Part shown: one piece after another, positions 62,083 to 64,000 of the stretch
How the letters are laid out: each line of letters starts with the position of its first letter
Numbering within the stretch: position 1 is the stretch's first letter
Source of the DNA: an uncultured Actinomycetes bacterium
GTDB lineage: Bacteria; Actinomycetota; Acidimicrobiia; Spongiisociales; DATADW01
Direction: 5' to 3'
Length of the DNA: 64,000 nt
Assembly: GCA_963780745.1 (NCBI GenBank)
Contig: CAWACT010000010.1
Location: 196,555 to 260,554 of the forward strand
Notes under the pieces: generated by a model
What the model was told of the DNA's origin: nothing
Databases searched by the model: none
The model's input: only the letters and a program-made list of their open reading frames with translations
Position numbers and translations under genes: made by a program

Positions 62083-63100
62083 TCAGGCGCCCAGCTTCAT
62101 GCCCGGGTCGACCTGGGCGTCCCAGTCGGTGTACTGGCCCGCCAGCAGATGACCGACTCCGACGATGCCGATCATGGCGGCGTTGTCGGTGCACAGCAAT
62201 GGTGACGGCAGCAGGAGCCTCAGCACCGCGGGCATCGGCCTCCTCGGCGAACCGCTGGCGGAGGCGGCGGTTTGCCAGCACACCGCCTCCCCCCGAGACC
62301 GTCCGCGCCCCGGTGTCGTCAACCGCGTTGAAGGTCTTCGTTACCAGTACGTCGACGATCGCCTCCTGCAACGAGGCTGCCAGGTCGGGAAGCGACGGGA
62401 GGTCCCCGGCGGCGTCGGCCTTGCGGACGAAAGAGACCACCGACGTCTTCAGGCCCGAGAAGGAGAGGTTGTAGCGGTGGTCGGACAGGCCCCGTGGGAA
62501 GGCAACCGCCGCCGGGTCGCCGTCGTCGGAGGCCAAGTCGATGGCAGGGCCACCGGGATACCCGAGACCGAGAAAGCGCGCCACCTTGTCGAATGCCTCG
62601 CCGGCAGCGTCGTCGATCGTGGCGCCGATCACCTCGTGACGCCCCCAATCGGCGAGATGGACGATCTGACTGTGTCCGCCCGAGGCGAGCAGCGCCACCG
62701 CCGGTGGGGCGAATTCCTCGTGCTCGAGGAGCGGCGCCATGAGATGGCCCTCCATGTGGTCCACCCCGACGAAGGGGAGCCGGCCCGACCAGGCCATCGC
62801 CTTGGCGAAGGAGAAACCAACGAGCAGCGACCCGACCAATCCCGGTCCCTGCGTGGCGGCCATGCCATCGAGATCGGCGGGGTGCACCCCTGCCTCGGCC
62901 AGCGCCCGGTGGGTCAGTGAGCGGATCGCCTCGACGTGAGCCCGCGCCGCCACCTCGGGCACCACCCCTCCGAATCGCTCGTGAAGTTCGACCTGCGAGG
63001 AGAGGACATTGGAGAGGATGCGGCGTCCCTGGACCACGGCCACCGCCGTCTCGTCGCAACTGGTCTCGAAGGCGAGGACGATCGGTTCCATCGCCATCAC
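62083..63100 (-). CDS. tsaD: tRNA t6A synthesis protein TsaD (frameshift near 62220)
   Basis: [51 protein letters not shown]. Confidence 0.95.
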
Positions 63101-63597
63101 CCGAGCTCCGCGCGAATGCCTTCGAGCCGGGCACGGTATTCGGGACCGTCAATGTCGTGCGCCCACATGATGATGGCGTCCTCGTCGCGGTAGTAGTGCT
63201 TGCGAACCCCCACCGGGCCCATACCGAACCGCCGGTATAGGTCCTGGGCCCGCCGGTTGGAACTACGGACCTCGAGGGTGAGGCTCCGTCCGCCAGCGAT
63301 CACCCCGGCCTCGATTCCGGCCAGCACGAGACGGGTCCCGATGCCACGGCCGGCCGCATCCGACGCCACCGCCACCGTCGTTATGTGGGTGTCCTCCCCC
63401 ACCGACATGATCCCGACGTACCCCACCAAGCTCCCCGCCTCCTCGGCGACCAGGTATGTCCGGGACGGCTCGGCCAGCTCATCTCGGAAGATCCCCTCCG
63501 TCCAAGGCGTGGAGAAAGTCGACCGCTCGATGGCAATCACATCGGGCAAATCGGCTCCGGCCATCGGCCGGATGGTGGTCACGGTGACTGCGGCCAA
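63097..63597 (-). CDS. rimI: Ribosomal protein S18 alanine N-acetyltransferase
   Basis: TLEVRSSN..A..LY..FG...GVRKHYY..EDA; between tsaB and tsaD. Confidence 0.92.
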   Translation of the reverse strand: MAAVTVTTIRPMAGADLPDVIAIERSTFSTPWTEGIFRDELAEPSRTYLVAEEAGSLVGYVGIMSVGEDTHITTVAVASDAAGRGIGTRLVLAGIEAGVIAGGRSLTLEVRSSNRRAQDLYRRFGMGPVGVRKHYYRDEDAIIMWAHDIDGPEYRARLEGIRAELG

Positions 63598-64000
63598 GGC
63601 CCCTCCTGTCGCAATACCGCCCAGTTGATCGCCACGTCGGGCTCACGGAGGTACATGGGACGGATCTCGTCGGGAAGCACGAAGTCCTCGCGCTGCGCCG
63701 CCGGCTCGACCAGCCCGAGGAGCACTCCCGCCGCCGGGTAACGGGGCCGTCCCTGCTTGACCCGGTGAAGCCCGCGGAACACCTCATTGGGGATCTGAGG
63801 GGTGTCGCCCACCACCAACACATCGTCGGGATCCGACTCGAGCAGCGCTCGCAGTCGGTCGGCGTCCATGAGCTGGGCCGGCCCTTCCCGCACCACTCCG
63901 CCCGGCACCGGTCGATAGGAGGCGACGGCGAATTGGCGGCGGCGGACGTCCACCACGGCCACGATGTGCCGCCGTCCCGTGGCCGCCCCCAGGGCGAGAC
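63579..64000 (-). CDS. tsaB: TsaB (3' part, truncated by window edge)
   Basis: VVDVRR, P.YLREPD; synteny with rimI-tsaD. Confidence 0.85.
   Translation of the reverse strand, partial: LALGAATGRRHIVAVVDVRRRQFAVASYRPVPGGVVREGPAQLMDADRLRALLESDPDDVLVVGDTPQIPNEVFRGLHRVKQGRPRYPAAGVLLGLVEPAAQREDFVLPDEIRPMYLREPDVAINWAVLRQEGPWPQSP

Overview
High-GC (about 70% by eye) Actinomycetota chromosome segment, probably Acidimicrobiia-like (inferred from gene order and protein style). The minus strand carries a typical actinobacterial core backbone: tsaB-rimI-tsaD-groES-groEL ... guaB3-guaA-pcrA ... sucC-sucD ... purN-purH-folD-icd-mdh-hup. About 36 kb of accessory content lies between groEL and guaB3: trpS, a ROK-regulated GlcNAc-oligosaccharide utilisation operon, cimA, a Phd/VapC toxin-antitoxin pair, an aromatic amino acid decarboxylase, and a stress/dormancy block (topoisomerase IB, CBS, SpoIIE phosphatase, Rieske oxidoreductase, TreS-like enzyme, two LLM enzymes). 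About 20 genes have indel frameshifts, most likely long-read errors, so many boundaries are approximate. The most interesting non-coding signals are: (1) a highly structured ~270-nt candidate ncRNA antisense between mdh and icd; (2) five SigF/SigB-type promoters defining a regulon that includes TopIB; (3) leaderless leader-peptide attenuators before cimA (TTIII) and probably trpS; (4) two REP/REPIN-like families plus several unrelated heptamer tandem tracts. No rRNA, tRNA, CRISPR or transposase was seen. Family assignments come from motif recognition, not database searches.
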